Shown here piece after piece: positions 37,255 through 49,831 of a stretch of 60,000 nt of DNA. A program made the translations under genes and the position numbers. Position 1 is the stretch's first letter; every line of letters starts with the position of its first letter. This stretch comes from Mobula hypostoma. Lineage: Eukaryota. The stretch spans positions 42,844,001 through 42,904,000 of the forward strand of contig NC_086097.1 in the NCBI RefSeq assembly GCF_963921235.1, given 5' to 3'. The notes beneath the pieces are model-generated. The model saw only the letters and a program-made list of their open reading frames with translations, did no database searches and was not told where the DNA came from.

Positions 37255-37607
37255 GCACTTATCAATATACTTCCCTTTGTCAATTTTTTTAACTAGTGGG
37301 CAACGCTTTTCATACAAATTAGTTATTACAGAAACAAATGATTCATAGGCTTCATCTACATCATCTACATAGACTGTATTCCAATCTTGTTTAATTAACT
37401 CCTCCTTAAGAGATCTAATGGTACCTTCCATTATATGTCAAATTAACCTACTAGTATAGGCAGGTGGTACTAAATAAAACATTAAATGTTATCTTCCTGA
37501 ATAGCAGGGCAACAAGGGACAGAATGGCCTTATGTTCTTGTGCATCACTATTAGTCCTACATTCAGTTCCACTCATCAGGAAACATAAACACTCATCACT
37601 CATCGGG

Positions 37608-38606
37608 GACCAGTGGTGTGCCTCAGGGATCTGTTCTGGGACCCCTACTCTTTGTGACTTTTATAAATGACCTGGATGAGGAAGTGGAGGAATGGGTTAG
37701 CAAGTTTGCTGATGACACAAGGTTGGGGGTGTTGTGGATAGTGTGGAGGGCTGTCAGAGGTTACAGTGGGACATTGATAGGATGCAAAACTGGACTGAGA
37801 AGTGGCAGATGGCGTTCAACCCAGATAAGTGTGAAGCGGTTCATTTTGGTAGGTCAAATTTGATGGCAGAATATAGTATTAATGGTAAGACTCTTGGCAG
37901 TGTAGAGGATCAGAGGGATCTTGGGGTCTGAGTCCATAGGACGCTCAAAGCAGCTGCGCAGGTTGACTCTGTGGTTAAGAAGGCGTACGGTGCATTGGCC
38001 TTCATCAATTGTGGAATTGAATTTAGGAGCCGAGAGGTAATGTTGCAGCTGTATAGGACCCTGGTCAGACCCCACTTGGAGTACTGTGCTCAGTTCTGGT
38101 CGCCTCACTACAGGAAGGATGTGGAAACCATAGAAAGGGTGCAGAGGAGATTTACAACGATGTTGCCTGGATTGGGGAGCATGCCTTATGAGAATAGGTT
38201 GAGTGAACTCGGCCTTTTCTCCTTGGAGCGACGGAGGATGAGAAGTGACCTGATGGAGGTGTATAAGATGATGAGAGGCATTGATCATGTGGATAGTCAG
38301 AGGCTTTTTCCCAGGGCTGAAATGACTGCCACAAGAGGGCACAGGTTTAAGGTGCTTGGGAGTAGGTATAGAGGAGATGTCAGGAGATTTTTACTCAGAG
38401 AGTGGTGAGTGCGTGGAATGGGCTGCCAGCAACGGTGGTGGAGGCAGATACGATAGGGTCTTTTAAGCGACTTATGGATAGGTACATGGAGCTTAGAAAA
38501 ATAGAGGGCTATGGGTAACCCTAGTAATTTCTAAGGTAGGGACATGTTCGGCACAACTTTGTGGGTCAAAGGGCCTGTATTGTGCTGTAGGCTTTCTATG
38601 TTTCTA
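37608..38606 (+). mobile_element. CR1 LINE 3' fragment
   Basis: [17 protein letters not shown] and RPHLEYCAQFWSP with frameshifts; tail TTTCTATGTTTCTA. Confidence 0.92.
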
Positions 38607-38922
38607 TAAAAGTTATTCCAAGTTCTGGTGTCAGTGTAGCAAATGCTTAAGGTTTGTTCCCAGCATTTAGGACCTGAATTACGAAGGAATGGTGGGAAAA
38701 GACTCACCATAGTTTTTAATCATCCGGCATTTGATGAACAGAATGACAGGCGTGCAATTTGTATTGAAAAGGTTTACGCAAGATATTTACTTCAGTTCAA
38801 TGTTATACTGTATTAAGCAAAGGATATAAGATTCAAATTTGTACCAGATTTTTAGAACCAATATTAGGGAGTTTTCCATACACAGAATCAGGATCAGAAT
38901 CAAGCATAATATCACTGACATA

Positions 38923-39454
38923 CACCGGGTGACCACATTATTTGGCACAGGAGCAGAACCTGGTGTGGTCTTCTGTTGCTTTGGCCCATCCACTTCAAAA
39001 TTTGACATGTTGTGCATTCAGAAATGCTTCTCTTCACACCACGGCTGTAACACATAGTTATTTGAGCTTCTGTCGCCTTCCTGTCAGTTTGAACTCGTCT
39101 GGCCATTCTCCTCTGACCTCTCTCATTAACAAGGCATTGTCACCCACAGAATTGCCGTTTACTGAATGTTCCTTTGTTTTTAACACCATTCTCTGTAAAC
39201 TCTAGAGACGGTTGTGTGTGAAAATCCCAGGAGATCAGCAGTTTCTGGGATACTCAATCCACCCCATCTGACACCAACAATCGTTCCACTGTCAAAGTCA
39301 CGTAGACAACATTTCTTCTCCATTATGAACAAGTCAACCTCTTGACCATGTCTGCACGATTTTATACATTGTGTTGCTGCCACACGATTGTCTGATTAGA
39401 TATTTGCACTAACAACAGGTGTACAGGTGTACTTAATAACGTGGCCACCAAGTG
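38923..39454 (-). mobile_element. Internally deleted Tc1-family element
   Basis: TA|CACCGGGTGACCACATTATTTGG ... AATAACGTGGCCACCAAGTG|TA imperfect TIRs; paired-type HTH peptide LRDFDSGTIVG..GLSIPETADLLGFSHTTVSRVYREW. Confidence 0.82.
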
Positions 39455-39607
39455 TATTTTGACTGATTTTATCTTGTGTATATAATAGGAGTATCAGTAC
39501 ACTGTAATAAATAAAATGCACTATAAATTACAATAACAAATACACATATATACATTTTATATATATAAAAAATACACAGTGAAAAAATAGTGAGGTGGTG
39601 CTCATGG

Positions 39608-40575
39608 GTTCAAGTCAAGAGTCAAGTTCAAGTTTATTGTCATTCATACAATATACAGGTACACCGCCAAACAGAGTAACAACATTCCTCCGGACCAATG
39701 TGCACAACACAATACATATAACTCATACACAACACATAAAGTAATATTAACACAAATAAATTAACAAATAAGGTGCACTTGCAACAGAAGTTAAAAAGTA
39801 AACAGTATAATGCTACTGGCACTTCATCCGTGATGAGATCTGGGTGGTGGCAGGAGTCCAGTTGTCTCATGGCCTGGGGGAGAAAGCTGATTCCCATATT
39901 AACAGCCCGCGCCCTAATGCTATGGTACCTCCCGCCTGATGGTGGTGGGGCGATCAAAGAGATTGTTGGATGGATGGGAAGGATCACTGACAATGCTAAA
40001 GGTCCCGTGTACGCAGTGCTCTAGATAGGTATCTCTTCTGGGTGGAAGAGAGACCCTGCTGATCATCTCAGGAGCCCTCGCAATCCTTCGTAGGGTCTTG
40101 CAGGCAGATGCCTTGCAATTCCCGTACCAGACAATGATGCAACTGGTCAAGAAACTCTCAGTGGTTAGAATAGAGGGGTGGGGGGGAGCATCACTCTCCT
40201 CAGGAAGTGGAGATGTTTCTGTGTGTTGCTAGACCAAAGAGGTGGAATTGAGGGACCAGGTGAGATCTTCTGTTACGTGCACTACCAGAAACTTGGTTCT
40301 CCTAACTCTCGCCACGGAGGAGTTGTTTATGTACATAGAGGAGTGGTCAGCCAGCACCTTCCTAAAGTCCACAATCTTCTCTATAGTCTTGTCCATGTTG
40401 AGACTCAAGTTGCTGTGCTCGCACCATTCTACCAGCTGCTGTCCCTCTTCTCTGTCCGCCACCTTGTCGTTGTCGGTGAGGCCAGCAACTGTTGTGTCAT
40501 AGGCAAACTTGATGATTTGGTTTGAACCGGATCTGGCAGTGCAGTCACGAATCAGCAGTGGGCTGAGCACAAAGA
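39608..40575 (-). mobile_element. Rex1/Babar LINE 3' fragment
   Basis: DCTARSGSNQIIKFAYDTTVAGL, SCIIVWYGNC and PSGGRYHSIRAR peptides; tail GTTCAAGTTTATT on the + strand. Confidence 0.85.
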
Positions 40576-40677
40576 GAAGCAACAAAGTTAATTTCTTTTA
40601 TTATCTAAAGGTATTCACCACTAGTGATAACAAATTGTTTGGAAAGAACAAGTAATAATTATAGAGCCGCAAACTAA

Positions 40678-41095
40678 CACAGCATAGAAACCGGTCTTTT
40701 GCCAACCTGTCCATGCTAACCAAGGTGGCTAGCTGAGCTGGTCCATTTACCTGAGTTCAGACTATTGGCCTCTAACCCTTTCCTATCCACGAATGCGTCC
40801 AAATATCTTTCAAATGTCCCCACCTCTACCAATTCCTCTGGCAGCTCATTCTGTACGCACCACCCTCTGTTTAAAAGTACCTTTAAACATATCCCCTTTA
40901 AATCTTCCTCTCTTGCCTTAAACATAGGGCCTCTTGCTTTAGTCTCCCTTACGCCAGGAAAATTACTGTGACCTTAATTATACGCCTTGTGATTCTATAA
41001 ACCACTACAATGTCACCCGTCAGCCTACTGCACTCGAGAAAATAGTCCCAGCCTGCCTAACCTCTCCTTTCACTCAAGCCTGTCAGTCCCAGTTA
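40678..41095 (-). mobile_element. Degenerate CR1 3' fragment
   Basis: QNELPEELVEVGTFERYLD peptide and a CATAGAAAC tail. Confidence 0.7.
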
Positions 41096-41549
41096 AGAAA
41101 TGTTGATTCATTATGAATTAAGTAATATAGAGAGGGATCATTCCAACCCACCTCTAAGTACAAATCATTGAACGAGATCTTGTGAGACTCAGTTTTTGAT
41201 CCTTAAAAGCGTCTTTGCCGTTTTCATCGAGTGGCCTGATCCATTTTGCCTTAGCTTTCTGATCACCCACTAAGATTGAGGTTGTCCAGACTAATTATTT
41301 AAAAATGAAAATTATGCCTGATTCCAGCAAATATCCTTCAGTCCGAGACAAATGTTCAATCATTCCATAACCTCACAGTGAATTGTACTCCATTGATTTA
41401 TTAGGATTATCCCAGCTGATTATGGACAATCACAAATTTAAAGGTAAATAGTCGCAAAAGTACTCTACACTGGTTTCTCGAGAAATTTATATAGTGTGTA
41501 AAATATTCTACATTTTACATAGCTGCGCAACGCCTTTGGCACCACCACA

Positions 41550-42884
41550 GGTGTGCAGAAAGAACTGGCAGGAGCAGACTGCCAAGGTGAAACAGAAACT
41601 GGGACTGTGGGGAGGGCGCTCCCTGTCGATAACGGGCAAGAACCTGGTCATCAGGTGTGAGGTGCTCTCAGGGCTGCTGTACTTGGCACAGGTGTGGCCC
41701 GTCTCCTGCTCCTACAGCTCAGAAATCACCCGAGCTGTCTTCAGATTCGTCTGGAGATCCAAGATGGAGCGGGTGAGATGGACCGTCATGCACAAATCCC
41801 TGGACAATGGGGACAAAAACGTTCCTAATGTCGCCCTCACCCTGATGGCCAGCTTCGTGTGTGGCTGCATCAGGTTGTGTGTAGAACCCAGATATGTAGG
41901 CACCAAGTACCACTATGTGCCCACGTTCTACCTGTCGCCCTGGCTATGAATGATGGGTCTGGCCCCACTCCCGCGCAACGCCCCAGTCAGCTGGACGTTG
42001 CTGCCATACCTGTCCTTTGTGAAGAAGTTCTTCCAGGACAATGCTTTCGACCACAGGGCCATCAGGCAGTGGTCGGCACATACTGTCCTGCAGGCACTGC
42101 AGGAGAAGGACGTGATAAATACAGTGGGGTGGTTCCCTGAGCAGACCATCCAGTTCATCTGGCAAAATGCCTCATCGCCAGACCTCACCAACGGGCACCA
42201 GGACCTCGCATGGCTGGCGGTGAGAGGGGCCCTCCCAGTCAGATCCCTCCTGTACACCCGGAACGTCGCCTCCACACCCTGCTGCCTGCGGGAGGACTGC
42301 AGTGAGGAGGAGTCTGTGACCCACCTCTTTGCACACTGCCAGTTCGCAAAGAGGGTGTGGAGGAGGACGGACGGGCTAGTGTCACGTTTCATCCCCAGCA
42401 GCTGCGTAACAGAGGACTCTCTGATCTACGGGCTGTTCCCAGGGACGCACACGGAGACCAACATCCGGTGCTGCTGGCAGATCATCAACTCGGTGAAAGA
42501 CGCTCTTTGGTTGGCCCGAAACTTGATGATCTACCAGCACATGGAGATGTCCGTGGGAGAATGCTGCCGACTGGCACATTCTCGGCTGCAGGAGTACGTG
42601 CTGAGGGACGCACTGAAACTTGGTGCAGCCTCTGCAAGGGCCCGGTGGGGAAGGACCACGGTATAGGTTTCTTCTCCCGCGGGAGTGGGAGGGGTCGGGT
42701 GCGGGGAGTATACCCCTCAGCAATGGGGGGTAAAGATGAACCAACAGAGTGCCACGTGAGTGTCTGAAAGTGTGGAAATGTACAGAATGTAGTGGAAATG
42801 TCTGTAAAGGATTGAGAGCCATTGAATGGTTTATTGTGAATGATTTTATTTTGAATAAAGTATATTTTGTTTAAATAAAAAAAA
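41550..42884 (+). mobile_element. Tx1-like (L1 group) LINE 3' fragment
   Basis: WGGRSLSITGKNLVIRCEVLSGLLYLAQVWP; zinc finger CLREDCSEEESVTHLFAHC; one in-frame TGA at 41947-41949; AATAAA and an A-rich end. Confidence 0.85.
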
Positions 42885-43474
42885 TCAAACTTAACTATAA
42901 ATGGCAAGGAAGAATTTCAGTACCACCAAACAAGTTGGACAAGATGACAGCACTGCTTTCCAATTACTTCATTCCAGCCACCAATTTAACGCTCCAGGTG
43001 CTTGAAGCTGTGCCCTTACTAAAGAGCACCACATTGCAGGTCATGGATAATGTTACCACCAACAAGACTGTGGACGTCATGGAAAACGTAAAACATTGTC
43101 TTTGAAGTCTATGGTTCTACTATGAATGCCTGCAAGAAATGAATTTCAGAGTAGTATACGGTGATGTATGCATACTTTGATAATTATTTATTATTATTAT
43201 TTAAAGATACAGCACGGAATAGGCTCTTCCAGGCCTTTGAGCTGTGGCAAGCAGTTTGCCATTAACATTTACCAGCATAATCCAATGGGCTCTCGATGGA
43301 ATTACCCAGATGGGATCTTGTGACCTGGGAGCTAATTATTTCTTTTTAAATGCAGTATTGCAATAGCTGAAATTGAGTTGCAGAATTCTTTCCATTCTTT
43401 AAAAATAATACAAAATATTTTTCTTGCATAATGAATGAAATATTAAAATATTAAACCAATATCCTGCTTATCCT

Positions 43475-43846
43475 GGTGAAGCCTTATCATTCCTGATGAA
43501 GGGTCTCAGCCCAAAACGACAACGCATTTACTCTTTTCCATAGATGCTGGATGGCCTTCTGAGTTCCTCCATCATTTTGTGTGTGTTCACAACAGGAATT
43601 CTGCAGATGCTGGAAATTCAAGCAACACACATCAAAGTTGCTGGTGAACGCAGCAGGCCAGGCAGCATCTCTAGGGAGAGGTACAGTCCACGTTTCAGCC
43701 TCCCCCTCCCACTTTCAAATCTCTTACTAACTCTTCCTTCAGTTAGTCCTGACGAAGGGTCTCGGCCTGAAACATCGACTGTACCTCTTCCTAGAGATGC
43801 TGCCTGGCCTGCTGCGTTCACCAGCTACTCTGATTTTGTGTGTGTT
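43475..43846. mobile_element. PLE pLTR fragment with a second, inverted-pair PLE insertion nested in it (43588-43832)
   Basis: Outer TSD TCCTGCTTATCCT (43462-43474 / 43847-43859); inner TSD ATTTTGTGTGTGTT (43574-43587 / 43833-43846); hammerhead motif at 43745-43780. Confidence 0.85.
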
Positions 43847-45192
43847 TCCTGCTTATCCTCCCAGGGTAACAGAAGAAAACCCACGCATCCTTTGACACTT
43901 CTTGATGAAGAGGATGAGTGATATCCTAATGTCCATTCACCAACATCATAACAAAGTTTTAAATTTAAAACTGATTTCAGTTCCCTCTACTGCCATCACA
44001 CACCAACGCTCGTGCACAAAGTGCCAGTTTTTAGCCTTCACAGCAATAATTCAGTCACATGTCAGGCCACAAGGTAAATTTGTGGAGAGCCACATGTCTT
44101 GACAGGGAGTTGTATTGCGTTACGCGTGAGCGCTTGTCCGTTGTCTTTGCAGATAGGGATTTGAATAAAGCTAAATACGTACGTACACTTTTCATCTGTG
44201 TGTCTCTAGTATATGAGTGAATTCGGCATAAGTTGGATACCGAACGATTAATCAAATGAGTTGTGTGATAGGCACTGCCGACGTTAAAGGTGCAGGTGGC
44301 CGTTCAGTCATTAGTCTGAACGGTCCGGGGAAAACTGCACTGTGGTGCAGGTTCATTGCTTCATTGTAGGTGGCCTCAGGGCAAGCCTGACCATCTTCAA
44401 TGATCCTGGAAAGTTCGGTGAACTCGGTGGTGCTGGAGTCCATCGCCTTGAGAAACTACAGCCTTACATCGAAGTACATGCAAGCTTTTGGGGAAGTCCT
44501 TTACAGTGAGCCCTTCTTGTGAGTCAATCATCCACTTTGGTCTCTTCAGCAACCTTTGGAATCTCCAACAGCATTAAAGCCTCCTTCTTTGTCTCTAGAG
44601 ACTGTATTCCAGCAATATGACTCTCACATAAGTCCCTTCTATAATACTGTTCGAACTATCCACTTCCATGAACACTGCTGACAAGCATGTGGGTTTCACT
44701 TAATCGATTATTTGTCCTTCACTCAGGCATTCACGGTGGAACCCATTGCAAGCGATATTAAAGCTACTGTCTGTTCAGATTAAGATTGATCATGATATCA
44801 AGTTTCTCTAAAATGAACACAAAAAATTAAAACAACTTCAAAAAATTATGCAAATCGTACTTCTATTTTTAAAATTCAATTTGCGCAAGTCAATAATTAT
44901 GTAACCTGAATAACACCTGTACTTCAAATCCATTATTTGAACTGTGCCAAAGGAATTTAAACCGAGTAGAAAGCCCAAAGAATTAGCAAACACTGGGAAA
45001 TGGAGCCGCTGACTGTGGCCAGTTCATTGCAGAGTAAGAGCTCTAAAAGCGTTAGAATAAATGCCATAGTTAAAACAGGAATGACAAAGGCAAAGTCAAA
45101 CCATGCAGTTGTTTGGCTAACATCAACTAATTACCCCAGATGTATTGTAAAAGAAGATGAAAGAGTTGAAAAGCACACAACCCATGCTAACG

Positions 45193-45211
45193 CTACGCCA
45201 TCTAGCGGTAG
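45193..45211 (-). promoter_or_regulatory. Candidate CTCF-binding site
   Basis: Minus strand CTACCGCTAGATGGCGTAG fits the CCNNNAGRKGGCR core; CpGs are retained in AT-rich unique DNA. Motif match only. Confidence 0.4.
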
Positions 45212-45416
45212 GTGATGATATAACACCCACCAAAAAATGTGAGGATAACTATTAACAATTGAAAAGCAGTTCTATAATAACCTCCAGTATTGTCCTTTTT
45301 AACTAGTTCCAATAGCACATATTTCTCAGAAAAGTTGTATGGAAATTCACATTATAGGAACAACAATTCTGTACATTTTGAAGAGTAAGAATTTGTTCAA
45401 TGTGTACTCTTCAAAG

Positions 45417-46100
45417 CAGTCAGAATCAGGTTTAATATCACTGAAGTGAAATATCTTGTTTTGTGGCAGCATGACAAGGTGTAAAAAAAATAAATCAAAT
45501 ATTTTGTTGTTTGTGTTGGAATTGTCACCCCTGTGCATTGGGGACTTCATACCAGGTGGTGATGCAGCCAGTCAGAACACTCCCCATGGGAGATCTGTAA
45601 AAATTTGCTACAGTCTTTGATGATATACCAAATCTCCTCCGAAAGCTCCTAATGAAATATATCACAAACAAAAGGAATTCTGCAGGTGCTGGAAATCCAA
45701 GCAACACACACGAAGTGTTTCAGCCTGAAAGGCCGACAGTACTCTTTGCTGCCTGGCCTGCTGAGTTCCTCCAACATCTTGTGTGTGTTAATGTAATATT
45801 TAGTCGCTGGCATTCACTCTTTGTGATTGCGTCAATATGTCCTCTGAGATGCTGATTCCCAGAAATGTGAAACTGCCCACCCTTTCCACAACTGACCCCC
45901 TCATCGAGGACTGGTGTGTGATCTTCTGACTTCCCCTTTCTGAAGTCTACAATCCTTGATCTTGTTGACATTGGTACAAATTTGTTGCTGTGGCATCAGT
46001 CTACCAGCCAATCTGTCTCACCCCTCTACACTACCTCAATACCACCTCAATACCATCAGAGATTCTGCCAACAACAGCAGTTTCATCGGCGAAGTTACAA
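45417..46100 (-). mobile_element. Degenerate Rex1 fragment with a small inverted PLE insertion (about 45663-45788)
   Basis: RIVDFRKGK and NFYRSPMGSVLTGCITTWY peptides; CAGAATCAGGTTTAAT tail. Confidence 0.75.
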
Positions 46101-46253
46101 AATCTTCCAGGTGTACATTTTCAAGCTGCCTTGTAGCTTCAAATTGTAAGATAAGGACAAGTATTTAAAGTGTTTCATAAAGCTGGTGTGAAGTGATTCT
46201 CCATTGTTAATGCCTCACAAACTGCTTTAATCAAGAGAATGTTACCACATGCA

Positions 46254-47550
46254 GAACTGAATTGACTTTATTACTTACATCGTTCACATACATGAGGAGT
46301 AAAAATCTTTATGTTACATCTCTGTCTAAATGTGCAACTGATAGTAATTTGTAATAAATAGTATGTACAACAGGACAGTCAATATAACATAGAAATACAA
46401 TCGTATCAGCGTGAATTAATCAGTCTGATGGCCTGGTGGAAGAAGCTGTCCTGGAGCCTGTTGGTCCTGGCTTTTATGCTGCGGTACCATTCCCAGGATG
46501 GTAGCAGCTGGAACAGTTTGTTGTTGGGGTGAATTTGGTCCCCAGTGATCCTTCGGGCCCTTTTCACAGACCTGTCTATGTAAATGTCCTGAATAGTGGG
46601 AAGTTCACATCTACAGATGCGCTGGGCTGTCCGCACCACTCTCTGCAGAGTCCTGCGATTGAGGGAAGTACAGTTCCCATACCAGGCAGTGATGCAGCCA
46701 GTTAGGATGCTCTCAATTGTGCCCCTGTAGAAAGTTCTTTGGATTTGGGCCCATGTGAAAGAGGTGCTATTGTGCCTTTTTCACCACACAGCTAGTATGT
46801 ACAGTCCATGTGAGATACTCGGTGATATGTATGCCAAGGATGTTAAAGCTGTTCACCCTCTCAACCCCTGATCTATTGATACCAATAGGGGTGAGCCTGT
46901 TTCCATTCCTCCTGTAGTCCACAACCAGCTCCTTTGTTTTTGTGACATTAAGGGAGAGGTTGTTTTCTTGACACCACTGTGTCCGGGTGGTGACTTCTTC
47001 TCTGTAAGCTGCCTTAATATTATTTGAGATTAGGCCAATCAATGTAGTGTCATCAGCAAATTTAAATAGCAGATTGGAGCTGTGGCTGGCGACACAGTCA
47101 TGGGTATACAGAGAGTAAAGGAAGGGGCTTAGGACACAGCCCTGAGGGCTCCTGTGTTGAGAGTCAGAGGGGTGGAGGTGAGGGAGCCCACTCTCACCAC
47201 CTGCCAGCGATCTGACAGAAAGTCCAGGATCCAGCTGCACAAGGCAGGGTGAAGGCCGAGGTCTCTGAGTACCTGCCCTGAGATGCCGTCCGGTCCCACA
47301 GCCTTGCGACTGTCCACTCATTGGAAACACCCGCGTACTTCAGCCTCGGAGGTGACCAAGGTGCAGGTTGCTTCGACGTCTCTCTTCAGGGGCTCAGTGT
47401 CGGTGACATCGAACCGAGCGTAAAAACGGTTTAGCGCATCTGGGAGAGAGGCAGCGATGTTGGAAACACCACTGTGTTTAGCTTTGAAATCTGTGATGGT
47501 GTGCAGACCTTGCTGTAAGCTGTGTGTGTTGTTAGTGGAGGGTTGTGTCT
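46254..47550 (-). mobile_element. Rex1/Babar LINE fragment, internally deleted
   Basis: PQGCVLSPFLYSLYTHDC..FKFADDTTLIGLI and LQDSFFHQAIRLIN; RKAVGPDGISGQVLR is joined directly to DLGLHPALCSWILDFL, so part of RT is missing. Confidence 0.9.
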
Positions 47551-48413
47551 GGAGTTGTGTCTACATCAGAGGTATCAACCACATCTGAATACAGTGACAT
47601 CTATATTCTTAGCCAAAATGAAGATGATTAGTTAACTCTCCAACAATCACATCTAGAAATAACATTTGGACTAATTTTAAAAATATGAATTACAGAATCA
47701 CTAACCTGTATTCTGAGTATTTGCTGGAGAATTTGAAGCTTCTTTGAGTGCTGTTGTTTAAATTATTGTACTGCTACAGTATATGAGGCTGGAAATATGA
47801 TGCTATTAGGCAGGAACTTGGGAGCAGATGTTCTCAAGGAAATGCATGGCAGAAATGTGGGAAATGTTCAAGGAACATTTGCGTGGAGTTCTTCATAGGT
47901 ACTGTATGTTCCATTGAGCCGGGGAAGGATGGTAGGGTAAAAGAACCATGGTGTACAAAGCATGTAGAAAATCTAGTTAAAAAGAAAAGAAAAGCTTACA
48001 GAAGTTTCAAGAAACTAGAAACTAGTTTAGAGCTCTATAAAATTACAAAGGTGCCAGGAAGGAGCTCAAGAATGAAATTAGAAGAGCTAAAAGGGGCCAT
48101 GAGAAGGCCTTGGGGAGCAGGATTAAGGAAAACCCCAAGGTATTCTACAAGTATGTGAAGAGCAAGAGGATGAGCCGTGTGAGAATAGGACCAATCAGGA
48201 GTGAGAGTAGAAACGTGTGCATGGAGTCGGTGGAGGTAGCAGAGGTACTTAATGAATACTTTGCTTCAGTATTCACCAGTGAAAAGTACCTTGGCAATTA
48301 TGGGGATGACTTACAGCGGACTGAAATGCTTGACTTTATAGACTAAGAAAGAGGATGTGCTGGAGATTTTGAAAGGTATTAAGTTAGTTAAGTCTCTGGG
48401 ACCAGACGAGATA

Positions 48414-48757
48414 GTCATAGTCATAGTCATACTTTATTGATCCCGGGGGAAATTGGTTTTCGTTACAGTTGCACCATAAATAATTAAATAGTAATAAAAC
48501 CATAAATAATTAAATAGTAATATGTAAATTATGCCAGGAAATAAGTCCAGGACCAGCCTATTGGCTCAGGGTGTCTCACCCTCCAAGGGAGGAGTTGTAA
48601 AGTTTGATGGCCACAGGCAGGTATGACTTCCTATGACGCTCTGTGTTGCATCTCGGTGGAATGAGTCTCTGGTTGAATGTACTCCAATGCCCAACCAGTA
48701 CATTATATAGTGGATTGGAGACATTGTCCAAGATGGCATGCAACTTGGACAGCCTGG
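48414..48757 (-). mobile_element. Rex1-type 3' end with (ATGACT)n tail inserted in the CR1
   Basis: Minus-strand RLIPPRCNTERHRKSYLPVAIKLYNS; ATAGTCATAGTCATAGTC tail; GAGATA on both flanks. Confidence 0.78.
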
Positions 48758-49831
48758 AGATATACCCCAGGCTACTGTGGGAAGTGAGGAAGGAGATTGC
48801 TGAGCCTCTGGTGATGATCTTTGCATCATCAATGGGGATGGGAGAAGTACCAGAAGATTGGAAGTTTGCAAACGTTTTCCCTTGTTCAAGAAAGGGAGCA
48901 GAGATAACCTAGAAAATTATAGACCAGTGAATCTTACTTCAGTGATGGGCAAGTTGTCAGAGAAAATCCTGAGAGGCAGGATTTATGGGCATTTGGGGAG
49001 ACATAGTCTGATTAGGGATAGTCAGTATGACTTTGTCAAGAGCAGGTCATCCCTTACAAGCCTGACTGAATTCTTTGAGGATGTAACAAAACACATTGAT
49101 GAAGGTGAGCAGTGGATGTAGTGTATATGGATTTCAGTAAGCCATTTGATAAGGTTCCCCAGGCGAGGCTCATTCAGAAATTAATGAGGCATGGGATCCA
49201 AGGGGACTTTGCTTTGTGGATCCAGAATTGCTTTGACGACAGAAGGCAAAATGTGGTTGTAGGTGGTTCGTATTCTGCATGGAGGACAGTGAGCAGTGGT
49301 GTTCTGCAGGGATCTGTTCTGGGGCCCCTCCTCTTTGTGATTTTAATAAATGACCTAGATGAGGAAGTAGAAAGGTGGGTTAGTAAGTTTGCTGACACAA
49401 AGGTTGGGGTGTTGTGGATAGTCTGAAGGGTTGTCAAAGGTTACAGTAGGACATCAATAGGATGCAGAACTGGGCTGAGAAGTTGCAGATGGACTTCAAC
49501 CCAGTTAAGTATGAAGTGGTTCATTTTGGTAGGTCAAATTTGAAGACAGAATATAATACTAATGGTAAGACTCTTAGCAGCGTGGAAGATCAGCGAGATC
49601 TTGGGGTCCGTGTCCATAGGACACTCAAAGCAGCTGCACAGATTGACAATGTTGTTAAGAAGGCTTGTGGTGTGTTGGCCTTCATCAACCATGGGGTTGA
49701 GTTCAAGAGCCATGAGGTAATGTTACAGCTATATAAGACCTTGGTCAGACCCCACTTGGAGCATTGTGGTAACCTCATTACAGGAAAGGTGTGGATACTA
49801 TAGAGAGAGTGCAGAGGAGATTTACAAGGAT

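Larger units (their letters stand above)
23727..37450 (-). mobile_element. Crack/Daphne-type (CR1/L2 group) LINE in three pieces: 23727-25023, 34429-34940, 36775-37450
   Basis: Collinear minus-strand ORF2 peptides [69 protein letters not shown], and GVNLWNS; 3' end AATAAA+(ATCT)n at 23727-23755. The clade label is by motif resemblance only. Confidence 0.85.
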
